Shown here: one piece after another, positions 50,135-59,781 of the stretch | How the letters are laid out: each line of letters opens with the position of its first letter | Numbering within the stretch: position 1 is the first letter of the stretch | Source: Candidatus Nanopelagicaceae bacterium | Lineage (GTDB): Bacteria > Actinomycetota > Actinomycetes > Nanopelagicales > Nanopelagicaceae | NCBI GenBank assembly: GCA_036804325.1 | Contig: DAIRSQ010000002.1 | Location: 4,521-68,520 of the forward strand | Direction: 5' to 3' | Length of the DNA stretch: 64,000 nt | Notes under the pieces: generated by a model | The model's database searches: none | The model's input: the letters and a program-made list of their open reading frames with translations, nothing else | What the model was told of the DNA's origin: nothing | Made by a program: the position numbers and the translations under genes

Positions 50135-51858
50135 TTTCCTAAAGATCTTTGAACTGATAGCGGTGGATTCATCCAGCGCGCCTCGGGATTAGTGCAAATT
50201 ATCCGATCTTCAGCGCGATAACGAGTGCGATATTTCTCTCGTTTAAATTCCACTCCATCGCGTTTGAGTATTCGCCAAACATCGATAGTAAATCCAGGCA
50301 CGCCCTCTTGAAAGATGCACTCTTTTGAATCACTCTCTAGGACTTCAAATGGGACTTGATTTACTCGTGGCCCAGTCTCGGTATCTACCTCAACAAACTT
50401 TGTCCCGTAAATTGTCACAGTGACAGATTTATTGGTGTACGAAGTATCCACAAAAATTGGGTGGCCTGAATTGTTTCGAAACTTCACATCAACATTTGGC
50501 CAAGCAACCGTTGATTCGCGACCTGGTGGATACCGGGAAATATAAAAACTATGCGGCTTATGCTGAACTAGTTCTAGCCCACTAAACCAAGCGGCGTTCC
50601 AGGTTGTCGTAGCAACTTGAGAGACGCCTCCACCCCAATCTTTCTTGAAAATTCCCTTATCTATCATGATCCCAGGAACAAAACCGCGCGCTTCGGTACG
50701 TTCTCCGACAGCTTTGTTATAACTAAAAACTTCACCAGGTTGGACGATTACACCATCCATCCATCGTGCGGCGCGATGAATATTCGTTAATCGGTACTCT
50801 GCATAAGGAAAATAAGTTGTGAATGACCCAATGATTTCTTTAATTCCTAGACCACCGGCCATTTCAGTAGTGATTTTTGCGGCCACCGGTTCTGGCGTCA
50901 CTAATACTTGGCGCGCATCGCCACTTTTTTCAAGCGCTTCAATTATTGCTCCGCCTAATTTATCTTCGGGTACATCAAGTCCATCTCTCGAAGGTTGTAC
51001 GCGCGGTGCGCCATCCACCATTGCAAATGATGCATTTACTGGTTCGACAACATTGGCACTCCACTGTTTCCCCACTAAATTGATGAAAGTTGCTTTGAGC
51101 CACTTTGGCTGTAGCTCGCCCGTGCTTGCAGGGATGAAAGTTAAGGCTTGAGAAATAATGCGCGGCGCAAGTGAAATCTTTTTTGGTTCTGCCACATTTA
51201 ATGTGATTACAACTGGCTCGGAGGTCGCCTTCTCAGCAAATGAAAGTAATTTCTTCGCTTCATCATCGGTGATTTTCGCCTCTTTAGTAGCAAGCGGAAG
51301 TTTGATCGAATCACTTCGTAACCATGACTGAGAAATAGTCGAAAGCGCCACCTGCCGATCAATAACTTTACCAGCGCGCGCCTTGATGAGTTTTGGTTTT
51401 AGACCGTCGTAACTGATATCTGCATTTCTCGGTGCAACATTGACTCGCTCTTCGATACTGCGGAATCCGCTGTTGAACTTATCTTTATCAGCGGTAATCA
51501 CTGGCTCAATATTTTTGGTAGAAAATAAGAGCGGGAAGAGCTCTGTTGGATTCCATGTTCTTGGCGCTATCTGATCTATAGAGCGTTGTAGATCGACGCT
51601 CAATCCACTTCTTTTTATCGGGAGTTTATATTCTCTCTGATCTATGAGAAGAGTGAGGTCCCCTTTGATTACAGAACTACGCTCTTTGCTAACTTTAGCT
51701 ACTGCGCCTTCTTTCGTAAGTCGAGAAATGTCCACGCCAAGAAGTGCGGTTTTCGGTGGAATCTTTGAACCCACTGCAATCCACAGACCAATCCAGATAA
51801 GGCAGAGCGCAAAAAACACTGATAGCGCAATCAAGATATTGCGATGTGACTTTTTCAT
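50131..51858 (-). CDS. VanW family protein with putative peptidoglycan-binding repeats
   Basis: N-terminal TM; PGEVFSYN, GGGVSQVATT, H.PHS.YISRYP.GRESTV, D.KFRN. Confidence 0.9.
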   Translation of the reverse strand: MKKSHRNILIALSVFFALCLIWIGLWIAVGSKIPPKTALLGVDISRLTKEGAVAKVSKERSSVIKGDLTLLIDQREYKLPIKRSGLSVDLQRSIDQIAPRTWNPTELFPLLFSTKNIEPVITADKDKFNSGFRSIEERVNVAPRNADISYDGLKPKLIKARAGKVIDRQVALSTISQSWLRSDSIKLPLATKEAKITDDEAKKLLSFAEKATSEPVVITLNVAEPKKISLAPRIISQALTFIPASTGELQPKWLKATFINLVGKQWSANVVEPVNASFAMVDGAPRVQPSRDGLDVPEDKLGGAIIEALEKSGDARQVLVTPEPVAAKITTEMAGGLGIKEIIGSFTTYFPYAEYRLTNIHRAARWMDGVIVQPGEVFSYNKAVGERTEARGFVPGIMIDKGIFKKDWGGGVSQVATTTWNAAWFSGLELVQHKPHSFYISRYPPGRESTVAWPNVDVKFRNNSGHPIFVDTSYTNKSVTVTIYGTKFVEVDTETGPRVNQVPFEVLESDSKECIFQEGVPGFTIDVWRILKRDGVEFKREKYRTRYRAEDRIICTNPEARWMNPPLSVQRSLGN

Positions 51859-51865
51859 ATTCTCA

Positions 51866-52198
51866 CTAGAGTCTCGACCAAATACTTACCAGCATAAGTA
51901 GAAACCCTAAGGCTAAAAATGTGTTGCCCGAACCATTAGACATGATGAGTAATTCATCACCATTACCAAAACTCGCGCCTCTAAGGGTGACCAGAGTCCA
52001 GCCCACCAGAAACCAGAACCTTATGGCGCGCCGACCAAAGCGCTCCCCCAAAATTTTCGAGGCCGAGAATCCGCCAATCAGTCCAATGACTAAGCCCACG
52101 GGAAAAGAGCCCAGAGCGAAGTTATGCACTAATACGCCAAACCCACCAACGAATACGCCAACTGCAATGCCAAAAATATTTTCGAGTGCGCGTTTCAT
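51866..52198 (-). CDS. DUF6113-like membrane protein
   Basis: About 4 TM, G...H and GD.LI motifs; usual position downstream of mshB. Confidence 0.65.
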   Translation of the reverse strand: MKRALENIFGIAVGVFVGGFGVLVHNFALGSFPVGLVIGLIGGFSASKILGERFGRRAIRFWFLVGWTLVTLRGASFGNGDELLIMSNGSGNTFLALGFLLMLVSIWSRL

Positions 52199-52225
52199 GT
52201 TCTTCTCGTTCTTCTCGTTCTTCTC
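52199..52225. repeat. 9-bp tandem repeat x3 (GTTCTTCTC)
   Basis: Three perfect copies fill most of the mshB-DUF6113 spacer. Confidence 0.9.
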
Positions 52226-52234
52226 GCGCTCATC

Positions 52235-53125
52235 TCAGAGAGTGATTCCGGAGAAGAGATCACGCTCATACCCCTCTTGATTCAAGTCTGAGCCAGATGC
52301 GCCTTTAACCCTGGTGTAATACTCATATCCAAAGACTTGCATACCCAATAGATTCGAGAGTGCAAAGAAGGGTCCATCAACTGCAATCTGAGTGCGATGA
52401 GCTTTCATCGCATCTTTCTTCAATTCAACATATTTATTGCCATCGATTACTGCATGCACAAATGAGTCATCTTTTACAAAAGGTAGATCATCAATCGACT
52501 CAGCGCCAAAGAAATCTGAGCCAATCTCGCGCATTGCATCCATTCCTTTTTGTACTACCGATCGAGGCATCACATTCCAATAAATTTTTGGGATATCCCA
52601 TCCAAGAGCTGCACTTAACTCAGCAGCTTTCATAGCAACTCGATGCGCTTGAATGTGATCGGGATGGCCATATCCGCCAAATTCATCGTAGGTAACTAGT
52701 ACATGCGGCTTAAATTCAAGTATGTATTCGCTCAATAACTGTGCAGCGTGCGCTAAATCGGTGTTCCAAAAAACATCTGGGCGTGAATTCTGCGGCGCAC
52801 CCATCATCCCGCTATCGCGAAATAATTCATTAGGGGCGCCAAGGAACGTGTGGCGCACCACTCCAAGCGCAGCCAGTGCATTTGCTAACTCCCGCTCTCG
52901 AATCTCTGCTAGCCGATCTTCTTTATCACTTGCTGCATCAGTTAATTCGGGGACCAAAATCTCGCCCTCTTCCCCCCTGGTGCAGGTTACGAGAGCAACA
53001 TCGAAGCCTTCGTGAGCATACTTCGCCATTGTTGCGCCATTATTGATGCTCTCATCATCTGGATGGGCATGGACGAGAAGTAGTCGGCCGCGCTCAGAAG
53101 TTTGAGAAGCGCTAGGTGAGGGCAT
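52235..53125 (-). CDS. mshB: GlcNAc-Ins deacetylase (mycothiol biosynthesis)
   Basis: LLLVHAHPDDE, CTRGEEGE, RDSGMMG, GGYGHPDHIQAH, HRTQI, FALSN; start moved to ATG 53125. Confidence 0.92.
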   Translation of the reverse strand: MPSPSASQTSERGRLLLVHAHPDDESINNGATMAKYAHEGFDVALVTCTRGEEGEILVPELTDAASDKEDRLAEIRERELANALAALGVVRHTFLGAPNELFRDSGMMGAPQNSRPDVFWNTDLAHAAQLLSEYILEFKPHVLVTYDEFGGYGHPDHIQAHRVAMKAAELSAALGWDIPKIYWNVMPRSVVQKGMDAMREIGSDFFGAESIDDLPFVKDDSFVHAVIDGNKYVELKKDAMKAHRTQIAVDGPFFALSNLLGMQVFGYEYYTRVKGASGSDLNQEGYERDLFSGITL

Positions 53126-53150
53126 GGATGAAAGGGTACGGTGAATTCCT
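53126..53150. promoter_or_regulatory. Bidirectional leaderless promoter (overlapping -10 elements)
   Basis: TACCCT (minus, 53138-53133) 7 nt before mshB ATG; TACGGT (plus, 53137-53142) 8 nt before peptidase ATG. Confidence 0.55.
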
Positions 53151-55238
53151 ATGACTGACACAGCGCAACTCTCATTTCCTCGCCACTCAGCAAAGACTCT
53201 GAGATTTACCCTCGGAGCGCCACGCACCTTCACCCTCTCCGCTGATGGTTTTCGCACGCTTTTTGTCCGCAGCTCTTCGGGAACAGACCGCATTGGTCGC
53301 CTTTATCAATATGACATCCGCACCGATGTTGAAGAGTTGTTAGTCGATCCACTCCACCTGTTGGTAAGTGGAGAAGAGCAGCTCTCGCCAGAGGAGCGCG
53401 CCCGACGTGAACGCACTCGTGAGGCAGCGGGAGGAATTACCTCATACTCAACAGATAAGAATTGTGAGGTCGTTGCCTTCGTCCTATCCGGAAAACTGTA
53501 TTCACTAAATATCTCAGAGAAAAAAATCCGCGAAGAGGCGAGCCTTGGAATTGTCATTGATCCGCAAGTTGCTCCAGATGGTCGCGCAATCGCCTATGTA
53601 ACTCCAGATGGCGAACTCCATCTCTCGCGTGATGGAAAAGTTACTGTCCTGTGTACTCCAGAAACAGATGATGTTTTCTATGGCACGGCAGAATTTGTCG
53701 CAAGTGAAGAGATGTCACGCCATCATGGATTCTGGTGGTGCGCCAACAGCAACTCCATGTTTGTTCAACGTTTTGATCAATCCCCGGTAACGAAGATTTT
53801 TATAAGCGATCCGGCAAATCCTGAGAGCGAACCTCGAGAAGTTCGCTACCCCTTTGTAGGTAGTGCAAATGTGCTTACCTCGTTATATCTCCTTAATCTT
53901 AAAGATATGTCACGACGCGAAATTAAGTGGAATCCAGAGCATGAATACCTTTGCGATGTAAATCCTGGAGATGGAAAAACGCCTCCGCTTTTACTTACGA
54001 TGTCGCGCAATCAGCGCCACGCTGAAATTGTTGCCATTGATGAAGAGAGCGCTACTGGGCGAGTCATTGCTGACTTAAAAGATTCTGCGTGGATTGATTT
54101 GGTGGGTGGCGTTCCCGCCTGGGGCCCACATGGCCAATTAGTCACACATGTCATTGAAAAGAACACTCATTCTCTTGCAGTCAATGGAGAGGTTGTTACA
54201 CCAGAGAATCTTCAAGTAGATGGCGTGATTGCTATCGACCGAGATGGCATCACCTTCTCTGGGACATTTAATCCCACTCAGTCGCATATATTTTGGCGAG
54301 GTTGGGGTGGTGAATTTGAAGCGCTGACTACTGAAGCTGGTGTGCATATGGCTCGTACTAGTGGTGGCACGCTCTTGCTCATTTCTCGAGATATGAATAG
54401 CTACGAAGTCTCGGTAACTATTAAACGAGATGGAAATACCAGAAAAATTTTGGCGCACAATGAGCGCCCACAAGTAGACGCACAACCCACATTTCTCTTA
54501 CTAGGCGAGCGAGAGCTTCGAAGCGCCCTGTTGCTACCGCAAAATCGTGAACCTAAAAATTTACCTTTGTTGGTAGATCCCTATGGTGGTCCGGGGCATG
54601 CCCGCGTACTTCATGCAAAGAGTCTTTACGCGGAAGCGCAATGGATTGCCAATCAAGGTTTTGCCGTTTTGATTTCCGATGGTCGTGGCACTCCACATCG
54701 AAATCCAGAGTGGGAACGGTCGATTGTCGATGACCTCTCAACATTTCCCGTTGACGATCAGGCAGATGCGGTGCAGGCGTTAATTGAAACGCACCCAGGA
54801 TTGATAGATAGCGCACGTGTTGGGATTCGAGGCTGGTCTTTTGGTGGTTACTTGGCTGGCCTTGCAGCTGTTCGCAGACCAGATATTTTTAAAGCCGCCA
54901 TCATTGGAGCGCCCGTTACAGATTTTCGACTCTACGACACTTTTTATACAGAGAGATTCATGGGCCCTGATGGAAAGAGTCCAAATTATGAGCGATCATC
55001 GCTACTTAACGAGGCAAAAAACCTAGAAGTACCGGTGATGATTATTCATGGAATGGTTGATGACAATGTTCTTGTTTCAAACTCGCTCAAACTCTCCTCT
55101 GCCCTTCTTGAAGCTGGTAAAGCCCATGAGGTACTCCCGCTAACCGGCGTAACGCACATGACTCCGCAAGAGGTAGTAGCCGAAAACTTGATGCTCCTCG
55201 AGCTAGATTTTCTCAAGCGGTCGCTGAAAATTAATTAA
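53151..55238 (+). CDS. S9B family peptidase (dipeptidyl peptidase IV-like)
   Basis: EEM.R..GFWW, YGGPG, catalytic GWSFGG, DTFYTER, HG..DDNV, GVTHM. Confidence 0.93.
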   Translation: MTDTAQLSFPRHSAKTLRFTLGAPRTFTLSADGFRTLFVRSSSGTDRIGRLYQYDIRTDVEELLVDPLHLLVSGEEQLSPEERARRERTREAAGGITSYSTDKNCEVVAFVLSGKLYSLNISEKKIREEASLGIVIDPQVAPDGRAIAYVTPDGELHLSRDGKVTVLCTPETDDVFYGTAEFVASEEMSRHHGFWWCANSNSMFVQRFDQSPVTKIFISDPANPESEPREVRYPFVGSANVLTSLYLLNLKDMSRREIKWNPEHEYLCDVNPGDGKTPPLLLTMSRNQRHAEIVAIDEESATGRVIADLKDSAWIDLVGGVPAWGPHGQLVTHVIEKNTHSLAVNGEVVTPENLQVDGVIAIDRDGITFSGTFNPTQSHIFWRGWGGEFEALTTEAGVHMARTSGGTLLLISRDMNSYEVSVTIKRDGNTRKILAHNERPQVDAQPTFLLLGERELRSALLLPQNREPKNLPLLVDPYGGPGHARVLHAKSLYAEAQWIANQGFAVLISDGRGTPHRNPEWERSIVDDLSTFPVDDQADAVQALIETHPGLIDSARVGIRGWSFGGYLAGLAAVRRPDIFKAAIIGAPVTDFRLYDTFYTERFMGPDGKSPNYERSSLLNEAKNLEVPVMIIHGMVDDNVLVSNSLKLSSALLEAGKAHEVLPLTGVTHMTPQEVVAENLMLLELDFLKRSLKIN

Positions 55239-55239
55239 A

Positions 55240-56427
55240 TCAATATGTAGGAAGCGAAGTATCGATCTGCTTCGCCCAGGCAAGAACGCCACCACTTACA
55301 TGTGTGGCATCAGAGAAACCTGCTCCCTTGAGAACGGCAAGGCATTCAGCAGAACGAACGCCGCTCTTACAGTGGAGAATTATCGGTTTATCCTGTGGCA
55401 ACTTGGAGAGCACGGAACCATCAAGGAACTCTTGCTTCGGAATAAGAACTGAGCCAGGAATGCGCACAATTTCAAACTCCGCTGGTTCGCGAACATCAAT
55501 GAGCAAGAAATTATCTTTGTGATCCATCTTGCTCTTCAGTTGCTCAACAGAAATTGTTGAACCTGCGATTGCTTCGGTCGCTGCGGTAGAGATTGCACCA
55601 CAGAAACCTTCATAGTCCTCAAGTAGCTCTTTTTGAGTTGCATTCGGACCGCAGAGCACGCACTGAGGATCTTTACGAATTTTTACTTTGCGATAAGTCA
55701 TTTCCAGCGCGTCGTAAATCATTAATTCGCCGATTAAACTCTCGCCGATACCGGTAATAAGTTTGATGGCTTCGGTAACTTGAATTGAACCAATGGAGGC
55801 GCAAAGCACTCCAAGGACGCCACCTTCTGCACAACTTGGCACCATTCCAGGAGGTGGGGGTTCTGGATATAAGCATCGATAGCAAGGGCCGTGCTCAGCC
55901 CAGAAGACGCTTGCTTGTCCATCAAATCGATAAATCGAACCCCATACATACGGCTTACCAAGAAGGACTGCAGCATCATTGACCATGTACCGAGTTGCAA
56001 AGTTATCGGTGCCATCAATGATTAAGTCATATTGTGAGAAGAGCTCCATCACATTGGAATTATCAAGTCTTGTTTCGTGAACTATTACTTTTGTATATGG
56101 ATTGATCTCTGCAATGCTCTCTGCAGCGCTTTGCGCTTTGCTTTTTCCGACATCGCTTTGGCCATGAATAATTTGGCGCTGCAAATTAGATTCATCAACA
56201 ACATCAAATTCAACGATTCCCAATGTGCCTACCCCCGCAGCAGCGAGATACATCAGCGCCGGCGAACCGAGGCCTCCTGCACCAACGCAGAGCACCTTTG
56301 CGGCCATCAATCGTCGCTGACCATCCATTGCCACATCAGGGATGATGAGGTGGCGGCTATAGCGCCTTACTTGATCAACTGTGAGTGAAGGGCCAGGTTC
56401 GACAAGGGGTTTCATGGGATGGCTCAC
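55240..56427 (-). CDS. moeZ: Adenylyltransferase/sulfurtransferase MoeZ (ThiF plus rhodanese)
   Basis: RYSRHLIIPD, GAGGLG, SNLQRQ, DGTDNF, CYRC, rhodanese HCKSGVRS. Confidence 0.94.
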   Translation of the reverse strand: MSHPMKPLVEPGPSLTVDQVRRYSRHLIIPDVAMDGQRRLMAAKVLCVGAGGLGSPALMYLAAAGVGTLGIVEFDVVDESNLQRQIIHGQSDVGKSKAQSAAESIAEINPYTKVIVHETRLDNSNVMELFSQYDLIIDGTDNFATRYMVNDAAVLLGKPYVWGSIYRFDGQASVFWAEHGPCYRCLYPEPPPPGMVPSCAEGGVLGVLCASIGSIQVTEAIKLITGIGESLIGELMIYDALEMTYRKVKIRKDPQCVLCGPNATQKELLEDYEGFCGAISTAATEAIAGSTISVEQLKSKMDHKDNFLLIDVREPAEFEIVRIPGSVLIPKQEFLDGSVLSKLPQDKPIILHCKSGVRSAECLAVLKGAGFSDATHVSGGVLAWAKQIDTSLPTY

Positions 56428-56486
56428 ACCCCTACTCTGCCATGTTTACTTACTCACTCTCCACTTGAAGGCATACCATCGACCCT

Positions 56487-57107
56487 ATGAGTGATTCGAA
56501 GGCGCGATTGCCACGAGATGAGCGACGGGCACAACTTCTGACCGCTGCGCTCGAGGTCTTTACCTCTGCTGGCTACCACGCTGCTGCAATGGATGAGATT
56601 GCTGATCGAGCGGGAGTTAGTAAGCCTGTCCTTTATCAACACTTCCCAAGCAAGCTCGACTTATACCTTGCGGTCCTTGATCTCCATGTCGATCAATTGG
56701 TCTATTCGATTCAGCGCGCAATTGCCTCTACTCATGAAAATGCAGACCGTGTTCGTGCAACAGTTGATGCGTACTTTAATTTTATTGAAGAAGAGGGCGA
56801 GGCATATCGACTCCTCTTTGAAAGTGACATGAGCGTAGAGCCCGCAGTCCGCGAACGATTAACGCGGATGACATATGACTGTGCTGCGGCAGTTAGCGCA
56901 GTCATTGCAGCAGATACCGGAATCCCCGATGAGGCTGCGATGCTCCTTGGTATTGGCCTCGTTGGTACCGCGCAATTCACTGCACGGTATTGGCTCGAGC
57001 GTGACGGAAGAGTTCCTCGTGAGGAAGCGGCGCGACTTGTTGCCAATCTCCAATGGCGAGGCATCTCCGGCTATCCCCGAACCCCTGATGAGCGCGGAAA
57101 GAAATAA
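56487..57107 (+). CDS. TetR/AcrR family regulator (Rv3208-like)
   Basis: RLPRDERRAQLL, GYHAAAMDEIA.RAGVSKPVLYQHF, WRGI. Confidence 0.93.
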   Translation: MSDSKARLPRDERRAQLLTAALEVFTSAGYHAAAMDEIADRAGVSKPVLYQHFPSKLDLYLAVLDLHVDQLVYSIQRAIASTHENADRVRATVDAYFNFIEEEGEAYRLLFESDMSVEPAVRERLTRMTYDCAAAVSAVIAADTGIPDEAAMLLGIGLVGTAQFTARYWLERDGRVPREEAARLVANLQWRGISGYPRTPDERGKK

Positions 57108-57124
57108 ATCGCTAAGGTAGGAAT

Positions 57125-57397
57125 ATGAGTACAAAGAAGAGCGCAGAATCAGCAAATGCAGCGACCAGCAAAGTCGAAGTGCGAATTGGTATCAGCGATT
57201 CACCACGTGAGTTAACAATCGAACTCACCAACTCAGCAGATGAGATTGAAACTTCTGTTGCGCGCGCGCTCCATGAAGGATCACATGTCTCATTTACCGA
57301 TGAGAAAGGGCGTCGACTAATCGTGCCGGCCACCAAAGTCGGCTTTGTTGAAGTGAGCGCTCGCTCTGAACGTAAAGTGGGCTTTGGAACTAACTAA
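57125..57397 (+). CDS. DUF3107 family protein
   Basis: EVRIGI..SPREL, DEKGRR.IVP, RKVGF. Confidence 0.9.
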   Translation: MSTKKSAESANAATSKVEVRIGISDSPRELTIELTNSADEIETSVARALHEGSHVSFTDEKGRRLIVPATKVGFVEVSARSERKVGFGTN

Positions 57398-57432
57398 TTA
57401 GTTCTCATTACTTCTAATTATCTCTAGTTTCG

Positions 57433-58146
57433 TTACAGAAAATCGTAGGTTATCTCTCGATACAAGCCAGATATCTCACTCGCTTTTCGATAATTTAAAA
57501 GTGATGTTCCGGCGACCGTTGCATCGAGAAATAATGGGCTCTTCGGTATTCCCGGTTCAATCACTAAGTCTCCAAATTTCTCTTTGAGTAGCGCCATCAT
57601 TTCTTGGCCATGTTTAGAGCGTGATTCAACCATCGTAGGTAGAACTGCTCGCACCTTCCCCCGGTATTTCTCGACAGCACTGGCAATCTCAAGAGCTCCA
57701 CGAACGGCAATCACATCTAACCGAGTAGGGATGAAAATCTCATCTGCAGTGGAGAGAATTAATTGATTTAATCGAGACATGCTCGCCCCAGTGTCAATGA
57801 TTGTTATGTCATATTCGAACTTCGCCAGAGCGTTAAAGAGGATCTGTTCATTCTTGATGCTCTTAGCGTTAAATAATTCGGATAACTTATGCGAAGCGGG
57901 AATGAGATCTACTCGCTCTCCTGTTTGATGAATCATTCCTAACGCACGTTCTCGCCCTGAAAAAATGTCATAAGCGCTCCGCCTGGAATTCTCTTTACCG
58001 AGAGTGAAAGTGAGCGCACCTTGGGGGTCGAGATCAACAAGGAGAACCTTTCTCCCATATTCAGAGAAAGCTACCGCCATAGATAAGGCGCTTGTTGTCC
58101 GACCAACGCCACCGGCGGTATTGCTAAAGGCAAGTATTCGGGACAT
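57433..58146 (-). CDS. ParA/Soj-like protein with degenerate Walker A
   Basis: VLLVDLDPQG.LTF.LG and overall ParA layout; Walker A reads NTAGGVGRTT. Confidence 0.85.
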   Translation of the reverse strand: MSRILAFSNTAGGVGRTTSALSMAVAFSEYGRKVLLVDLDPQGALTFTLGKENSRRSAYDIFSGRERALGMIHQTGERVDLIPASHKLSELFNAKSIKNEQILFNALAKFEYDITIIDTGASMSRLNQLILSTADEIFIPTRLDVIAVRGALEIASAVEKYRGKVRAVLPTMVESRSKHGQEMMALLKEKFGDLVIEPGIPKSPLFLDATVAGTSLLNYRKASEISGLYREITYDFL

Positions 58147-58155
58147 AGCTTGGGG

Positions 58156-58935
58156 TTACTTACTCGCTACTAAATTTTGTTGTTGCCGCTGATAAGGGCT
58201 CATTCGCAATGCAGCGGGAAGCTTTAATGTGTTATTACGAAATGCTCGTAACGCCCTATCAGTTACCAACTCTTGGCCAGGGAATGTTGGCCAGCCATAC
58301 ATATCTCGCGCCCAACGCGGCAGTGATGCCCCAGCCAGCGTTGCCACTGATGCCCATAAAGCTGGCGCCGGGGTTGCAAATCGAACAGGAAGGGACATCG
58401 GCGGAAAGGTGAGAAAAACCGTAGTTCGCTTCGCCTCTTCTGTTGCCAATAATTTTGGTTGGATCGCACTCATATAATCCTTGAGCTCTTCATATGTTGA
58501 AGGCACAATTGCGCGATCAATTCCAACAAGTTCTGCGAAGAGGACCATCTCGCGGAGATATTCATCAACTTCTGATTCGCTAAACGGCGCCCCAGAGCGG
58601 AGCGCGACATCGATAAATGCATCAACCATCGAGGTATGCACCCATAACAACTCTTCGGGAGTATCGAGTCCAAGTCGGTGATGGATCATTCGCACGCGCT
58701 CTGCAGCGCGATCTACCTCTTTGCGCGGGCCATAAGTAAAGAGGGCAACATATTCACCAGTACGACGAAGGCGTCCCCACGCGTCATCTCGAAAATCAGA
58801 GTATTTAGCGACTCCAGCCATTGCTCCTGGATGAAGCGCCTGCTCCATAAGTGCGCGAATCCCGCCCACAATCAGCGCAGGGTCAGCGTGAAGTCGAGCA
58901 ACGACCGAATCGTTGGTGAAATAACTTTCGCTCAC
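58156..58935 (-). CDS. MpaB/DUF2236 (Lcp-like) oxygenase family protein
   Basis: GGIRAL..QALHP..MAGV, RLRRT, VR.IH, LLWVH, LP.WAR; SD GGGAG before GTG 58935. Confidence 0.85.
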   Translation of the reverse strand: MSESYFTNDSVVARLHADPALIVGGIRALMEQALHPGAMAGVAKYSDFRDDAWGRLRRTGEYVALFTYGPRKEVDRAAERVRMIHHRLGLDTPEELLWVHTSMVDAFIDVALRSGAPFSESEVDEYLREMVLFAELVGIDRAIVPSTYEELKDYMSAIQPKLLATEEAKRTTVFLTFPPMSLPVRFATPAPALWASVATLAGASLPRWARDMYGWPTFPGQELVTDRALRAFRNNTLKLPAALRMSPYQRQQQNLVASK

Positions 58936-58965
58936 GTAAAACTCCCTGCATATTCTAATTAGCAA

Positions 58966-59781
58966 CTAATTTTCATCGAGCCCTGCCCAAGGTTGTGCCG
59001 GAGCTCTATCTGCATCGCTACATATCCGAGCGTAATCGCAATATCCGCAAAGCGCTCCCGGAGATGCAGGAAAGCGGCCGGCAGCAGTCGCTGCAAGAGC
59101 TTCGGCGGCAATACTCTCAGCGCGCTTCACATGTCGCGCCAATGACGCATCATCGTGGTGGTAAACCGCTTTAGTTTCTGAAGGCAAATGATGGAGCTCC
59201 ACGGTCCGGCATTTCTTCCGTAACGTGCGTTCGGCGCCAATTGCATAAATGGCGAGTGCGAGCGAACCGCCGGCTTCACTTTCATCTGGTGGGCGCTTGC
59301 CCGTTTTGTAATCAACAATCACTAGCTCATCACCGCGTTCATCGATTCGATCCACGCGCCCCGAGAGCGAGAGTTTTTCTGTGGTGGCGCTAACTGTGCG
59401 CTCAAGTCCGCGTGGCTCAAAGTTAGGATCTACGCTCTTTAGATATTGCCGGACCCATTGTTGCGAACGAAAGCGATAGCGCTCTGATTGCTCTTCATCC
59501 CGAAAGCCTTCGTTCCGCCAATGTTTACCGACTAATTCCGCGCCCTTCTCTTGGGTGCGATCCTCTGGCGTTAGCGTGAACCATTCGCGAAGCGCATTGT
59601 GCACCGCGCTACCCATACTGGTGTGACCCCACGGTCCACCGCGGGGAGGTTTAGGCGTATCTATATAGGTGTATCGATACTTTTTTGGACAATCAAGCCA
59701 AGTTTCTAATCGGTATGGCGTGCATGCAAAAAGTTTTTCAGGCATACCTTCAAATGAGGATTGAAGTTCGTGTCCGCTCAT
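58966..59781 (-). CDS. RecB-like PD-(D/E)XK nuclease with a 1+3 Cys Fe-S motif
   Basis: CP..Y, G.AVH, GRVDRID, VDYKTG, C-terminal CGYCDY...C. Confidence 0.88.
   Translation of the reverse strand: MSGHELQSSFEGMPEKLFACTPYRLETWLDCPKKYRYTYIDTPKPPRGGPWGHTSMGSAVHNALREWFTLTPEDRTQEKGAELVGKHWRNEGFRDEEQSERYRFRSQQWVRQYLKSVDPNFEPRGLERTVSATTEKLSLSGRVDRIDERGDELVIVDYKTGKRPPDESEAGGSLALAIYAIGAERTLRKKCRTVELHHLPSETKAVYHHDDASLARHVKRAESIAAEALAATAAGRFPASPGALCGYCDYARICSDADRAPAQPWAGLDEN

Noticed and set aside
58966..59781. Cas4 of a CRISPR system
   Set aside because: No cas1, cas2 or array; solo RecB-like nucleases are common in actinobacterial core regions
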